Below are positions 18,401 through 25,550 of a stretch of 35,057 nt of DNA, in pieces; the stretch's first letter is position 1; each line of letters begins with the position of its first letter. The position numbers and the translations under genes are program-made. The stretch lies in IMG/VR virus record IMGVR_UViG_3300046025_000058, positions 1 through 35,057 of that record; one strand, written 5' to 3'. The stretch is from a virus (lineage: Duplodnaviria; Caudoviricetes). Under the pieces are notes generated by a model. That model was given only the letters and a program-made list of their open reading frames with translations. It was not told the origin of the DNA and searched no databases.

Positions 18401-18640
18401 ACGAGCGCAACCCCGATCCACGTCGAGGCTACCGCTGACACGCTCACACCCGAGGCAGTGAGTATCGTGACGGCGACACCGACGATGTACACTGCAACGA
18501 CAGAGATGAACACTGTCGTCGAAGTGAACCGACGTGTGGGGAGACTTCTGGATGGCTCGAACGAGAGTGGGCTCTCGTCTTCGACGAACGACTCGATCCT
18601 TTCGGGATCGAACGACGCTGTGCTTGACAACGATCAGTAG
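15470..18640 (+). CDS. Large virion adhesin/fibre protein with two PQQ-like beta-propeller regions, each followed by a Thr/Ser/Ala-rich repeat stalk
   Basis: Repeated D..TG...W blade motifs (DIETGEEVW, AKDTGEIEW, DKNDGTLKW). About 22-aa repeats containing VTAS/VSA. Confidence 0.75.
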   Translation: MAGDYVYAGDGSDLVIFNSSDGSVDERISFSDDIQGVMPDMDDNVYVGQDTGVVKLNSDRTKGWEFSDGYKSVTQIAIGPNQNYIYVGENGRFYKIDIETGEEVWVTYVLDDQLTDFTFDEQGNVYACAYRTSTVVKIDPDTGNTLSSWDEAADGFQVVGILYHNGDFYAAPYDTNGLYKNDGWQGTQLGYFTDVSAASHSNVVVDDNDIIYFGESNYTCAVSTDLTKQWETFMDSSASNPWMTSVSVSPDALFVGERSEYNTHRLAKDTGEIEWTGTEAGPRYDGSIGAYPQYEAYGSDWAGTTTKTASATKVSASASFETVSANRIATASPNTVSATTTFDTVSANRITTVSANTVATTADASRTVGGTASTSVSPTAVTASTTPQTASGTASTTANPELITASTTPTTPSTTTTATPGTTMVSASTTPLTVDGTGIVSPEGQDERLLLNYIDQNADNQFQWRTADGTVDQTVPWDGAQGIYLRLPSGEFYTYYSGTLYKRDSTGENVLWSTSTHGGPNDITVTPNEHPVMISDAGSESDFLLECFDKNDGTLKWDLSITGFSVIQLSNGNLLTGNGDVLQEIDPTDGTIVTDHDTGNHDRYFRRNENYVYTSDTSTPTTIRRHDFDLNVVDSIDLSSYTSSSVVEAIEAGSGGAIYVVYSDGMLIKLTQDLTVDWTFDTGYSTSIELTPKFNGGVYVARMGTASDSKWGLVDETPQFVWTESSTSTSISGGHFASAPRYDAYTTEWTEGVSVSATPSHTSGTAEMLTPGSTSVATGVPTQATASSTMMQPSSTASATASPMIVSATSTPLTPSVAVFGNTTTADVTHVTASTSMHTPEGTRTNLATTEHVTASTTMETPDGIAKGIASPTTVTASAEPLAPSSSTFTSVEPATVSANATFDPVSVYTTAQSAVTHASASTSMVTVEGTRIKTATPDVVTASATMLSPESTGIARPSITSPTASAVSLTPTVQSQTSATPIHVEATADTLTPEAVSIVTATPTMYTATTEMNTVVEVNRRVGRLLDGSNESGLSSSTNDSILSGSNDAVLDNDQ
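16382..16790 (+). repeat. About 66-bp (22-aa) degenerate tandem repeats, first stalk
   Basis: FETVSANRI and FDTVSANRI are 22 aa apart. cgttcga...gcgaaccgaatc recurs at 66-nt spacing. Confidence 0.8.
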
Positions 18641-18723
18641 CGAACCGCTCGAAGTGCTCTATTTGTCTCGACATGGCAAATGTGTTATTAATGTCGCAAT
18701 CGTATAGATAGGTACGAAATCAC

Positions 18724-18748
18724 TGACTCGGTGTCTTCTACCGAGTCA
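18724..18748 (+). promoter_or_regulatory. Stem-loop TGACTCGGT-N7-ACCGAGTCA downstream of a TATA-like TTATTAAT (about 18685)
   Basis: Perfect 9-bp inverted repeat in a 157-nt intergenic gap. Confidence 0.55.
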
Positions 18749-18797
18749 CTTCTGCCGTCGGATCGAACACTGATCAGTTTTCCTTCACGTATTTATC

Positions 18798-19190
18798 ATG
18801 CCTGCCAATCTGCACGATCAAGGCGAGCAGCTCGTCCTCGACTCTGCACTCGGTTCTCGAGATCTCGAAGTCGGTGTCTTCAACGACGCGACTGACTCGC
18901 TTGGGGACGGAGCGACGTATAGCGACATCACTACCGAACCGTCTGGAAGTTCCTACGCTACCCAGTCTGTTGCTGGTGGTAGCGTTAGCCAGGACAGCAA
19001 CGGTGTCACCACCATCGATCTGGGGACGCTCACGTTCGACGCGTCCGACAGCTCCCAGAACGTGGACGCACTGTACGTCCGTGACTCGTCCTCGGGTGAT
19101 CTGATCTTTACGAACACGCTCGATCAGGAGTACGATCTGGGCTCGATCGATCAGCTCGAACTCTCGAACCCCGGGATGCAGCTCGACTAA
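18798..19190 (+). CDS. 130 aa beta-rich virion structural protein of the type found beside repeat-rich fibre proteins
   Basis: TEPSGSSYATQ motif, LTF, LYVRDSSSGDLIF. Family recalled from phage structural modules. Confidence 0.6.
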   Translation: MPANLHDQGEQLVLDSALGSRDLEVGVFNDATDSLGDGATYSDITTEPSGSSYATQSVAGGSVSQDSNGVTTIDLGTLTFDASDSSQNVDALYVRDSSSGDLIFTNTLDQEYDLGSIDQLELSNPGMQLD

Positions 19191-19205
19191 CGCTGGTGAT
19201 TCTCG

Positions 19206-19526
19206 ATGGGTGAGATTTTTCATCTCAAAGCCGGCGACACGAGGCCCGAACTGGAGGCTGTTCTCGAAGATCAGAACGACGAGCCCATCGATCTCACCGG
19301 CGCCGATGTCTCGATTCGTCTCCTCGAACCCCGAGGTGGGGACGAAGTGCTGAACGAACCCATGACGGTGTCTGACGCAACCGGTGGCACCGTCCGATAC
19401 GTCTGGGCTGACGGTGACACCGGTGATCCAGGGCGTTATCGCACCGAGTTCGTCGTCACCTATGCTGACGGCTCGGAGGAGACGTTCCCGAACGACGGCT
19501 ATCACGACGTCGTTATCACTGGCTAA
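19206..19526 (+). CDS. BppU N-terminal-like adaptor protein
   Basis: KAGDTRP.L...L.D....PIDLTGA...G.V.Y.W...DT...G.Y..EF.VTY.DG..ETFPN pattern. Confidence 0.75.
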   Translation: MGEIFHLKAGDTRPELEAVLEDQNDEPIDLTGADVSIRLLEPRGGDEVLNEPMTVSDATGGTVRYVWADGDTGDPGRYRTEFVVTYADGSEETFPNDGYHDVVITG

Positions 19527-19535
19527 TCTACTGCT

Positions 19536-20693
19536 ATGTCTGATTCTGAACACGAAGTCGATCTATCGGAGCCGTCGGGCGTCGCCCGGTGTGCTCCACT
19601 TGACGGCCAGACTGAGCCCTACACTGTCCACGGTGTCGCGATCGGAGAAGGCGACACTACCTATGGAGAGAATGGGCCCAAGTTCTGGCCGGCCGAGGAG
19701 CTTCGGGCTGCTACGCAGTCGCTCGTCGGTGTCCCGCTTACGAAAAACCACGATGACGATCGCGTCGAGTCTGTGATCGGCGAAGTCGTCGACGCTGGCT
19801 ACGAGGCCGGCCTTGGTGTCGTCTTCGAGGCCGAAGTCGACGACGAGGAGATCGCGACGAAGATCGCTCGAGGCCGACTTGAGGTGTCGATCCACGCGCT
19901 CCACACTCGTGGTGGACAGACGCAGGACGGCGAGATGATCGTCGAGAACGTTCGATTCGCCGATCTTTCCGTTGTCCCTCGTGGTGCGTCTCCCACCAAC
20001 TACGTTGAAGCGGGCCCGAGCGAGGCACTCGCTTCGCTGTCTGCCGACGAGATGTCCGAGCTGATCGGGCACGAGTCTGACGCTGCAACGTCTCACGATT
20101 CTACTATGACTGATACTGATTCTGAACCCACGGATGAGGCCCCTGAGGCCGAAGCCGAGGCGTCTGAAGCCAACGCTGATACCACCGAGGCCGACGAGGC
20201 CGACGTGGAGGAGGCTGTCGCAGAGGACGCTGAACCCGACACGGGTGACGCCGACGAGGCCGAGGCTTCCGAGGACGTCGACGAGGCGTCTAACGAGGAG
20301 GCCAAGCTTCGTGGCAAGATCGAGGAACTGCGCGCTGAGAACGAGGAGCTTCGCCAGGAACTCCATTCTGTCCGACTGGAATATGCCGACACGCTGGCTG
20401 AAGCCTCTCCGTTCGAGGCTGAGGAACTTGCGGAACGATTCACCTTTGACGAACTCCAGGAGCGCTTCGAGGAGTCAGAGGCCTCCCTGACTGGTGGCGC
20501 CGAGGTGGACGAGACGTCTGCCCCGGCCCCCCGGACTGGAAGCGCTGACACCGAAGAGGAGCTCTCCAGCACCTCGGACGACGAGGCCGAGGAGATTGCC
20601 GAGCTGGAGCAGAAGGTGGAGAACTACGACGAAATGGGCTGGGACGCTGCCAAAGCACGGGCTGAGGAGCGTCTCGAACAGCTCCGTTCCTAA
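19536..20693 (+). CDS. Prohead protease (DUF2213/HK97-like) fused to an acidic scaffold domain
   Basis: KNH...VIGEV...EVSI...DLSVVPRGA, then a very acidic coiled-coil C-terminus. Directly upstream of the MCP. Confidence 0.85.
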   Translation: MSDSEHEVDLSEPSGVARCAPLDGQTEPYTVHGVAIGEGDTTYGENGPKFWPAEELRAATQSLVGVPLTKNHDDDRVESVIGEVVDAGYEAGLGVVFEAEVDDEEIATKIARGRLEVSIHALHTRGGQTQDGEMIVENVRFADLSVVPRGASPTNYVEAGPSEALASLSADEMSELIGHESDAATSHDSTMTDTDSEPTDEAPEAEAEASEANADTTEADEADVEEAVAEDAEPDTGDADEAEASEDVDEASNEEAKLRGKIEELRAENEELRQELHSVRLEYADTLAEASPFEAEELAERFTFDELQERFEESEASLTGGAEVDETSAPAPRTGSADTEEELSSTSDDEAEEIAELEQKVENYDEMGWDAAKARAEERLEQLRS

Positions 20694-20751
20694 CTGGATT
20701 GTCTGCTAACTGACGCGGTTTGCGGTTTCATTTAATTGAGGTTTTCATTTC

Positions 20752-21588
20752 ATGGCTACTACTTCGTCTGACGTTATCGATCAGGAAGCGGTTCGCGCCG
20801 AAGTTGAACAGATTGCTCGGGACAACCGACAGTTCCGTCGGGCGTTCCGCCAGCTCGACAACACCGATATCGACTCCAACTCTGTCGAAGTCCCCGTCGA
20901 GCAGGACGACGCCTCCAGCGCTGGTGTTGTTGGTGAAGGTGAAGCGTTCCCCGAGGACGGCCAGAACGTCCAGAAGGTGAGCGTTTCGCACGAGAAGTAC
21001 GGTGTCGAAGTCCCGATCACCTACGAGGCGATCGAGGACTCGCTGCTCGACGTCATCGCGCTCCAGGCCGAGGGCAAGGCCGAGGATCTGGCAGACACCC
21101 TCAACAGTGCTGCCTACGACGTCGTTGCCGACTACGACAGCTCGAACAGCGTCTACAACAACCTCCAGGACAACCCGATCGGTGACGATTCGGGCACGAT
21201 GGACTACCCAGCTGTCGTCGACGCGATGACGGCCCTCGAGAGCGAAGGGTTCGATCCCGATCTGCTCATCGTCTCGGCCGAGAGCAAGGGCGATCTGCTC
21301 AAGTCCGACGCCTTCACTCGTGCGAGCGAGTTGGGCGACGAGGCGATCGAGAGCGGTTCCTTCGGCGAGATCGCCGGTGTCCCCGTCTACGTCTCGGACA
21401 GTGGCGATCTCGGTGCTGGCGAGGGGATGATGTTCGACTCCGACTCGTACGGCTTCGAGTCGGTTCGCGAGCGCATCACCTCGGAGGAGTACGACAAGCC
21501 GGAGAAGAACAAGCGCGTCATCCAGATTCGCACCCGCCTCGGCTGGGAGGCCGTCCGTCCGAGCGCCGGCGTCAAGATCGAGGCCTAA
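20752..21588 (+). CDS. Major capsid protein, HK97 fold
   Basis: VGEGEAFP, KYGVEVPITYEAIEDS, GEIAGVPVYVS, RLGWEAVRPSA. Confidence 0.92.
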   Translation: MATTSSDVIDQEAVRAEVEQIARDNRQFRRAFRQLDNTDIDSNSVEVPVEQDDASSAGVVGEGEAFPEDGQNVQKVSVSHEKYGVEVPITYEAIEDSLLDVIALQAEGKAEDLADTLNSAAYDVVADYDSSNSVYNNLQDNPIGDDSGTMDYPAVVDAMTALESEGFDPDLLIVSAESKGDLLKSDAFTRASELGDEAIESGSFGEIAGVPVYVSDSGDLGAGEGMMFDSDSYGFESVRERITSEEYDKPEKNKRVIQIRTRLGWEAVRPSAGVKIEA

Positions 21589-21596
21589 ACGCGGGT

Positions 21597-21614
21597 TTCC
21601 CTCCTCTGAGGGAA
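21597..21614 (+). terminator. Hairpin TTCCCTC-CTCT-GAGGGAA after the MCP stop
   Basis: 7-bp perfect stem followed by a pyrimidine-rich tract. Confidence 0.45.
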
Positions 21615-21634
21615 CACTTCTCACTCTCTAATTT

Positions 21635-21964
21635 ATGGCGCATATCACACACCACGACGTCGCTGAAATCCTCGAGACGGATCTGAACGAGGCCGAACTA
21701 ACGGCGTTCATTGAGGACGCCCACACCATCGTCCAGAACCGGATCGCGGACTACACGGACGACGAGGATACGCTCGCAGCTGTCGAGACGTATCTGGCAG
21801 CCCATCTGGCGACGGCGAAGGAGCCCCGTGTTGCGACGGCTTCACACGAGGGCGCCGATGTCGAGCTCGACGCGGACGGCAACCGGTACTGGCACCAAGC
21901 CGTCCTGCTCGATCCGACGAATCGTCTTGCTCGCCCCAACGGGTGCACGTTCGCGACGACGTGA
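21635..21964 (+). CDS. Head-tail adaptor (connector)
   Basis: Follows MCP, helical, FIEDA...ETYLAAHLA pattern. Confidence 0.75.
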   Translation: MAHITHHDVAEILETDLNEAELTAFIEDAHTIVQNRIADYTDDEDTLAAVETYLAAHLATAKEPRVATASHEGADVELDADGNRYWHQAVLLDPTNRLARPNGCTFATT

Positions 21965-21975
21965 TCGCTTCGTAA

Positions 21976-22242
21976 ATGACTCCCTCCGCCCTGTTGATGT
22001 CTGACTCTGATCCCTCCGACGAGAGCGACGAGCAGGTGTCGCTCCTTCCGATCACTGATCTCCAACCCCACGACGACGAGATGAACGCGACGCGGTACGC
22101 CTATCCACCCGAGCTCATGCCTTCGGGGGAAGAGACGTACTCACTCCTCTGTGGGGACGACATCACAGCGATCTATACCGAGGGAGAGTCGGGCGAGTTC
22201 ATCTTCTCAGATTCTACTCTGTCTCTCTCGAATATGCAATGA
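21976..22242 (+). CDS. Hypothetical protein (start may be 21997)
   Basis: Acidic ORF with ATGA overlap to the next gene. Confidence 0.6.
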   Translation: MTPSALLMSDSDPSDESDEQVSLLPITDLQPHDDEMNATRYAYPPELMPSGEETYSLLCGDDITAIYTEGESGEFIFSDSTLSLSNMQ

Positions 22243-22565
22243 CTGGAACCAACATCATCGGCCTCGCGAGTGTGCTCGATACACTCGACTACGAGCCCAT
22301 CGGTGAAGTCAAATACACCGTTGGGACGAACGTCGAGTACGCGATCTACGTCGAGTACGGAACTGCGAGTCAGGCAGCCCAGCCCTATCTTCGGCCGGCT
22401 GTTGAGCGCGCAGTGCGTGATCTCGACAAGTACGCCGAGGAGGCCGACAGTGCCGAGGAACTCGTCGAGAAGCTCGCCCTCCGGATCGAGTCGGAAGCAA
22501 AGGACGAGGCTCCTGTCGACACAGGCAATCTCCGGGCCTCAATCGAAGCTGAGAAGGTACGATGA
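22239..22565 (+). CDS. HK97 gp10-like neck/tail completion protein with permuted motif order
   Basis: VGTNVEYAIYVEYGT...AQPYLRPA and APVDTGNLRASI motifs. Confidence 0.85.
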   Translation: MTGTNIIGLASVLDTLDYEPIGEVKYTVGTNVEYAIYVEYGTASQAAQPYLRPAVERAVRDLDKYAEEADSAEELVEKLALRIESEAKDEAPVDTGNLRASIEAEKVR

Positions 22566-22951
22566 GCAACGTCTTCGACACTGCTGGCCGAGCGATCGGG
22601 CGGGCCCACAAGCGTCTTGCACACGACGTTGAGGTGATCAACTTCGAGTGGGACGCCGACGCCGGCGAGAACGAGTATTCCGACGGTGACTGGGTTGAGT
22701 CCTCCCGAACGACGGTTCCGGGGACGATGAGCCAGCCGGGTTCGATCGAACGTGACGTCGGGCCTGGTGGAAGCGACTCAAGTTGGGACATCACGATCTA
22801 CGTCCCGGCCGACGACGCCAACGTCTCGGACGGCCAGGGGGACGAGGAGCGAGCCACCGAGTTTATCGACTCCAGGACTGGCGATCGATACCAGGCGATC
22901 GCTGTCTTCCCGCAAAGTTCCCTGCTCGCTGTCGACTGTGAGGTGATCTAA
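22562..22951 (+). CDS. Head closure (stopper)-like protein
   Basis: Size, beta-rich content and position in the neck cluster. Confidence 0.6.
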   Translation: MSNVFDTAGRAIGRAHKRLAHDVEVINFEWDADAGENEYSDGDWVESSRTTVPGTMSQPGSIERDVGPGGSDSSWDITIYVPADDANVSDGQGDEERATEFIDSRTGDRYQAIAVFPQSSLLAVDCEVI

Positions 22952-23436
22952 TGGTTCGACGGATTCGAGACATCAAGCTCACCGTCCGAGATCTCCTCCG
23001 GGACAACTGGGACAACTCGCAACTGCCAGTTGCTCTTGATGAGTCGGACATCCACACCGGGTGGTTCGACGACGGCAAGGGCTACCCGCAAGTCTCTATC
23101 TCGAACGAGGAGGGTGGGCCCAAAGGAGGTGGTGAGACGGGCTACGTCGGGATCGACGGGAGTGGAGAAGGTGGCACTCAACTTCGGAGTGGCTACGTGC
23201 TCGTGACGGCCTGGGCCGGCTCTCGGGCCGACTACGAGAACAGGGGCGAGGACGAACTCCAGGCGGATGAGATGGCGTGGGTGATCGAGGACGCCATCAA
23301 TGACAACCAGGCGCCTGGTGATCTGACGTCTCTTGCAGTTGGCAACCGCACGGCGCTCGTCGATGACGACGAGACGCCTGTCGAGCATGCCGTCCAGTTC
23401 CAGGTGCAGTTCACCTGGCACAAAACTCCCAGATAG
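22951..23436 (+). CDS. Tail terminator-like protein
   Basis: Precedes the tail tube gene. YPQVSI and terminal strand QFQVQFTW. Confidence 0.65.
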   Translation: MVRRIRDIKLTVRDLLRDNWDNSQLPVALDESDIHTGWFDDGKGYPQVSISNEEGGPKGGGETGYVGIDGSGEGGTQLRSGYVLVTAWAGSRADYENRGEDELQADEMAWVIEDAINDNQAPGDLTSLAVGNRTALVDDDETPVEHAVQFQVQFTWHKTPR

Positions 23437-23523
23437 AGCCCTCGATCCTTCTCCGTCGCGAGCCAACGAGGTATCGTTCATACAGACGATCTGCGGTTTT
23501 ATTCATTTACTTTCTGATATATC

Positions 23524-24723
23524 ATGACTAAGCAAGCTACGAACGCTGATAGCGGAATCCGTAACCACCGTGTCGAGTTCGTTCGGGAGACAGCCCCGGG
23601 TGAGGCGCCGGCCGATCCCGAGTGGCAGCTCTACTCGGACACGCTCCAGACGACGCTCCAGTGGGAAGCGGACGCACAGATCGAAGCACAGCGCGGTGTT
23701 GGTGACTACGAAGTCGAGGGCCACTTTGCTGGCGCCGAGGATCACTCTCTGACGATCGAGTATGATCTCCAGCGCTTCTTCGTCGACACTGACGGGAATC
23801 CGCTCGACGCTGCCGGTGACGCTATCGTCCGTGACAACGAGGGTGACGTGGCGAACACCCACACCATCGTCGATCGCGCCGACTATGGCGATACTCGTAC
23901 CTACGTCGTCGCTCGGGGTGCGTATCCGAACGTCGACAGTGTTTCGGGCGATCCCGGTAGTGGGCTCCCGATCGGGCTTACCCTGGCCTACGAGGCCAAG
24001 TCCGTCCGGATGTTCAAGGTGGAGCAGCCCGACGGTGTCAGCCTCACTGTCCGCTCGACGTCGAGTGAAGACACTACACAGACGCTGACGCTTGAATCCG
24101 ACAGTGGGACTACCACCGCTGATGTTTCGCTCGACGGGACGACTGGTGTCTCGACAACTGATCCGTTCGACTCGCTCGACGCGCTTGAGCTCGACGCAGA
24201 CACGCAGGGTGACGTCGTGATCGAGGACGACAGTGGGAACGAACTAGCCCGGATTCCGGGTGCGGAGTCCTTCGACGGTGTCGAGGGTGCTCTGGGCGTC
24301 CCCACCCTGGGGGCTGGCTCGCACAAGGGCTCGATCGGCTCCGAGTACGAGACGTTCCTCGACGATCGCATCACCAAGGGTGGCTCCGAGCTTGCTGCCG
24401 AGGTTCGCTCGGCCGAGTTCACCGTCACGAATAACTACGAGAAGAATCCTGTTGCCGGAACCAAGCAGCAGGCGATCCACACCGGGAATCAGGACGTCGA
24501 GTTCATCGCGACGGTTGCGGGGGACTTCGAGCACCACGAGACGCTCACGGATCACCTCTCGGTGAACGAGTTCGATCTCGTTTGGGAGTTCGACGGTGGG
24601 ACTGTCACCTTCACCGACGCTGTCCTGACTGGCCCCGGTACTGTCGGGCCCTCCAGCGGTGACGTTATCTCGACGATCGACAACACGTTCACCTCGAAGG
24701 GCGTCGACGTCTCCGCGAACTAA
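23524..24723 (+). CDS. Major tail (tube) protein
   Basis: N-terminal FVRETAPGE, beta-rich, lies between terminator and chaperone/TMP genes. Confidence 0.8.
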   Translation: MTKQATNADSGIRNHRVEFVRETAPGEAPADPEWQLYSDTLQTTLQWEADAQIEAQRGVGDYEVEGHFAGAEDHSLTIEYDLQRFFVDTDGNPLDAAGDAIVRDNEGDVANTHTIVDRADYGDTRTYVVARGAYPNVDSVSGDPGSGLPIGLTLAYEAKSVRMFKVEQPDGVSLTVRSTSSEDTTQTLTLESDSGTTTADVSLDGTTGVSTTDPFDSLDALELDADTQGDVVIEDDSGNELARIPGAESFDGVEGALGVPTLGAGSHKGSIGSEYETFLDDRITKGGSELAAEVRSAEFTVTNNYEKNPVAGTKQQAIHTGNQDVEFIATVAGDFEHHETLTDHLSVNEFDLVWEFDGGTVTFTDAVLTGPGTVGPSSGDVISTIDNTFTSKGVDVSAN

Positions 24724-24747
24724 GCGACGGATCGGTTACTGACTACC

Positions 24748-24808
24748 TTTGCACGGGGTGAAGTTGCTGGCTAATCCCCTCCGCCGGCGCTTCTTCTACC
24801 CGTGCAAA
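24748..24808 (+). other. Long intergenic RNA stem-loop
   Basis: TTTGCACGGG (24748-24757) pairs perfectly with CCCGTGCAAA (24799-24808). Inner GAAG..GCTGGC pairs with GCCGGC.CTTC. Confidence 0.7.
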
Positions 24809-24835
24809 CCCAGACGAACACGAGACTGACATATT

Positions 24836-25282
24836 ATGACTGACGACTCTGAACTCGAGATTGCACAGCCTGAGGACTTTTTCGTAACCCGAAACGAAGA
24901 TGACGAACTTCAGCCCGTCACCCAACCCCTTCCGGGTGTCGAGGAGAAGATTCGCGTCATCCCTATGACGATCGGTGACGTCAACGAATACGGCAACGGA
25001 GAGGCCGTGAACCCGGCTGATCTCTCCAACGAGGAACTTGCCGAGATCTTCAACGAACACTGGTACGACGTCCGCGAGAACGACGACTTCGAGGTGACAG
25101 CGGACATGGTTGAGGAAGATATGATCGGCTTCGGAAGTGAGGCCGTGCTTACGGCGATTTTACGCGCGTCTGGCTACGACATGCAGAACGCGCTGAATAT
25201 GGAGAACCTGGAGATGCTTCAGCAGATCGATGATCCGGGAAAACTGGAAAAGCTGATGGAGTTCGCCGATCGGAGCGCCTGA
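24836..25282 (+). CDS. Tail assembly chaperone (gpG-like)
   Basis: Between tail tube and TMP. Slippery heptamer G GGA AAA at 25237-25243. Confidence 0.8.
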   Translation: MTDDSELEIAQPEDFFVTRNEDDELQPVTQPLPGVEEKIRVIPMTIGDVNEYGNGEAVNPADLSNEELAEIFNEHWYDVRENDDFEVTADMVEEDMIGFGSEAVLTAILRASGYDMQNALNMENLEMLQQIDDPGKLEKLMEFADRSA

Positions 25283-25533
25283 ATCAGAAGGCACTCTGGC
25301 TCCATCAGCTACACGAACAGGGCTATCGGTTCATCGGCCCGACGAGCATCAATAAACTAACACTCCCCGAAACTCGGGTACTCCTCGAAGGCGCGAACCA
25401 GAAGGCCGAAAAGAAGGCCAAACAGTCGGGCCAGACGACGGATTCTGGCCGACACGAGCGCCCCACAGGGCAGCCCCGAGAGTCGGACAAGGAGTGGGTA
25501 CAGCAGTTGGATAATCAGCAAACCAATTTCTAA
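25237..25533 (+). CDS. -1 frameshift extension of the chaperone (gpGT-like): GKTGKADGVRRSERLNQKALWLHQLHEQGYRF...QQTNF
   Basis: The -1 frame is open from the slippery site to TAA at 25531-25533, ending 17 nt before the TMP start. No ATG in this frame. Confidence 0.8.
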   Translation, partial: GKTGKADGVRRSERLNQKALWLHQLHEQGYRFIGPTSINKLTLPETRVLLEGANQKAEKKAKQSGQTTDSGRHERPTGQPRESDKEWVQQLDNQQTNF

Positions 25534-25550
25534 TATTTCTATCATACTCT

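Noticed and set aside
16382-18530. Diversity-generating retroelement or invertible fibre cassette
   Set aside because: No reverse transcriptase, no TR/VR pair with adenine-specific differences, and no second recombinase or inverted gene copies were seen.
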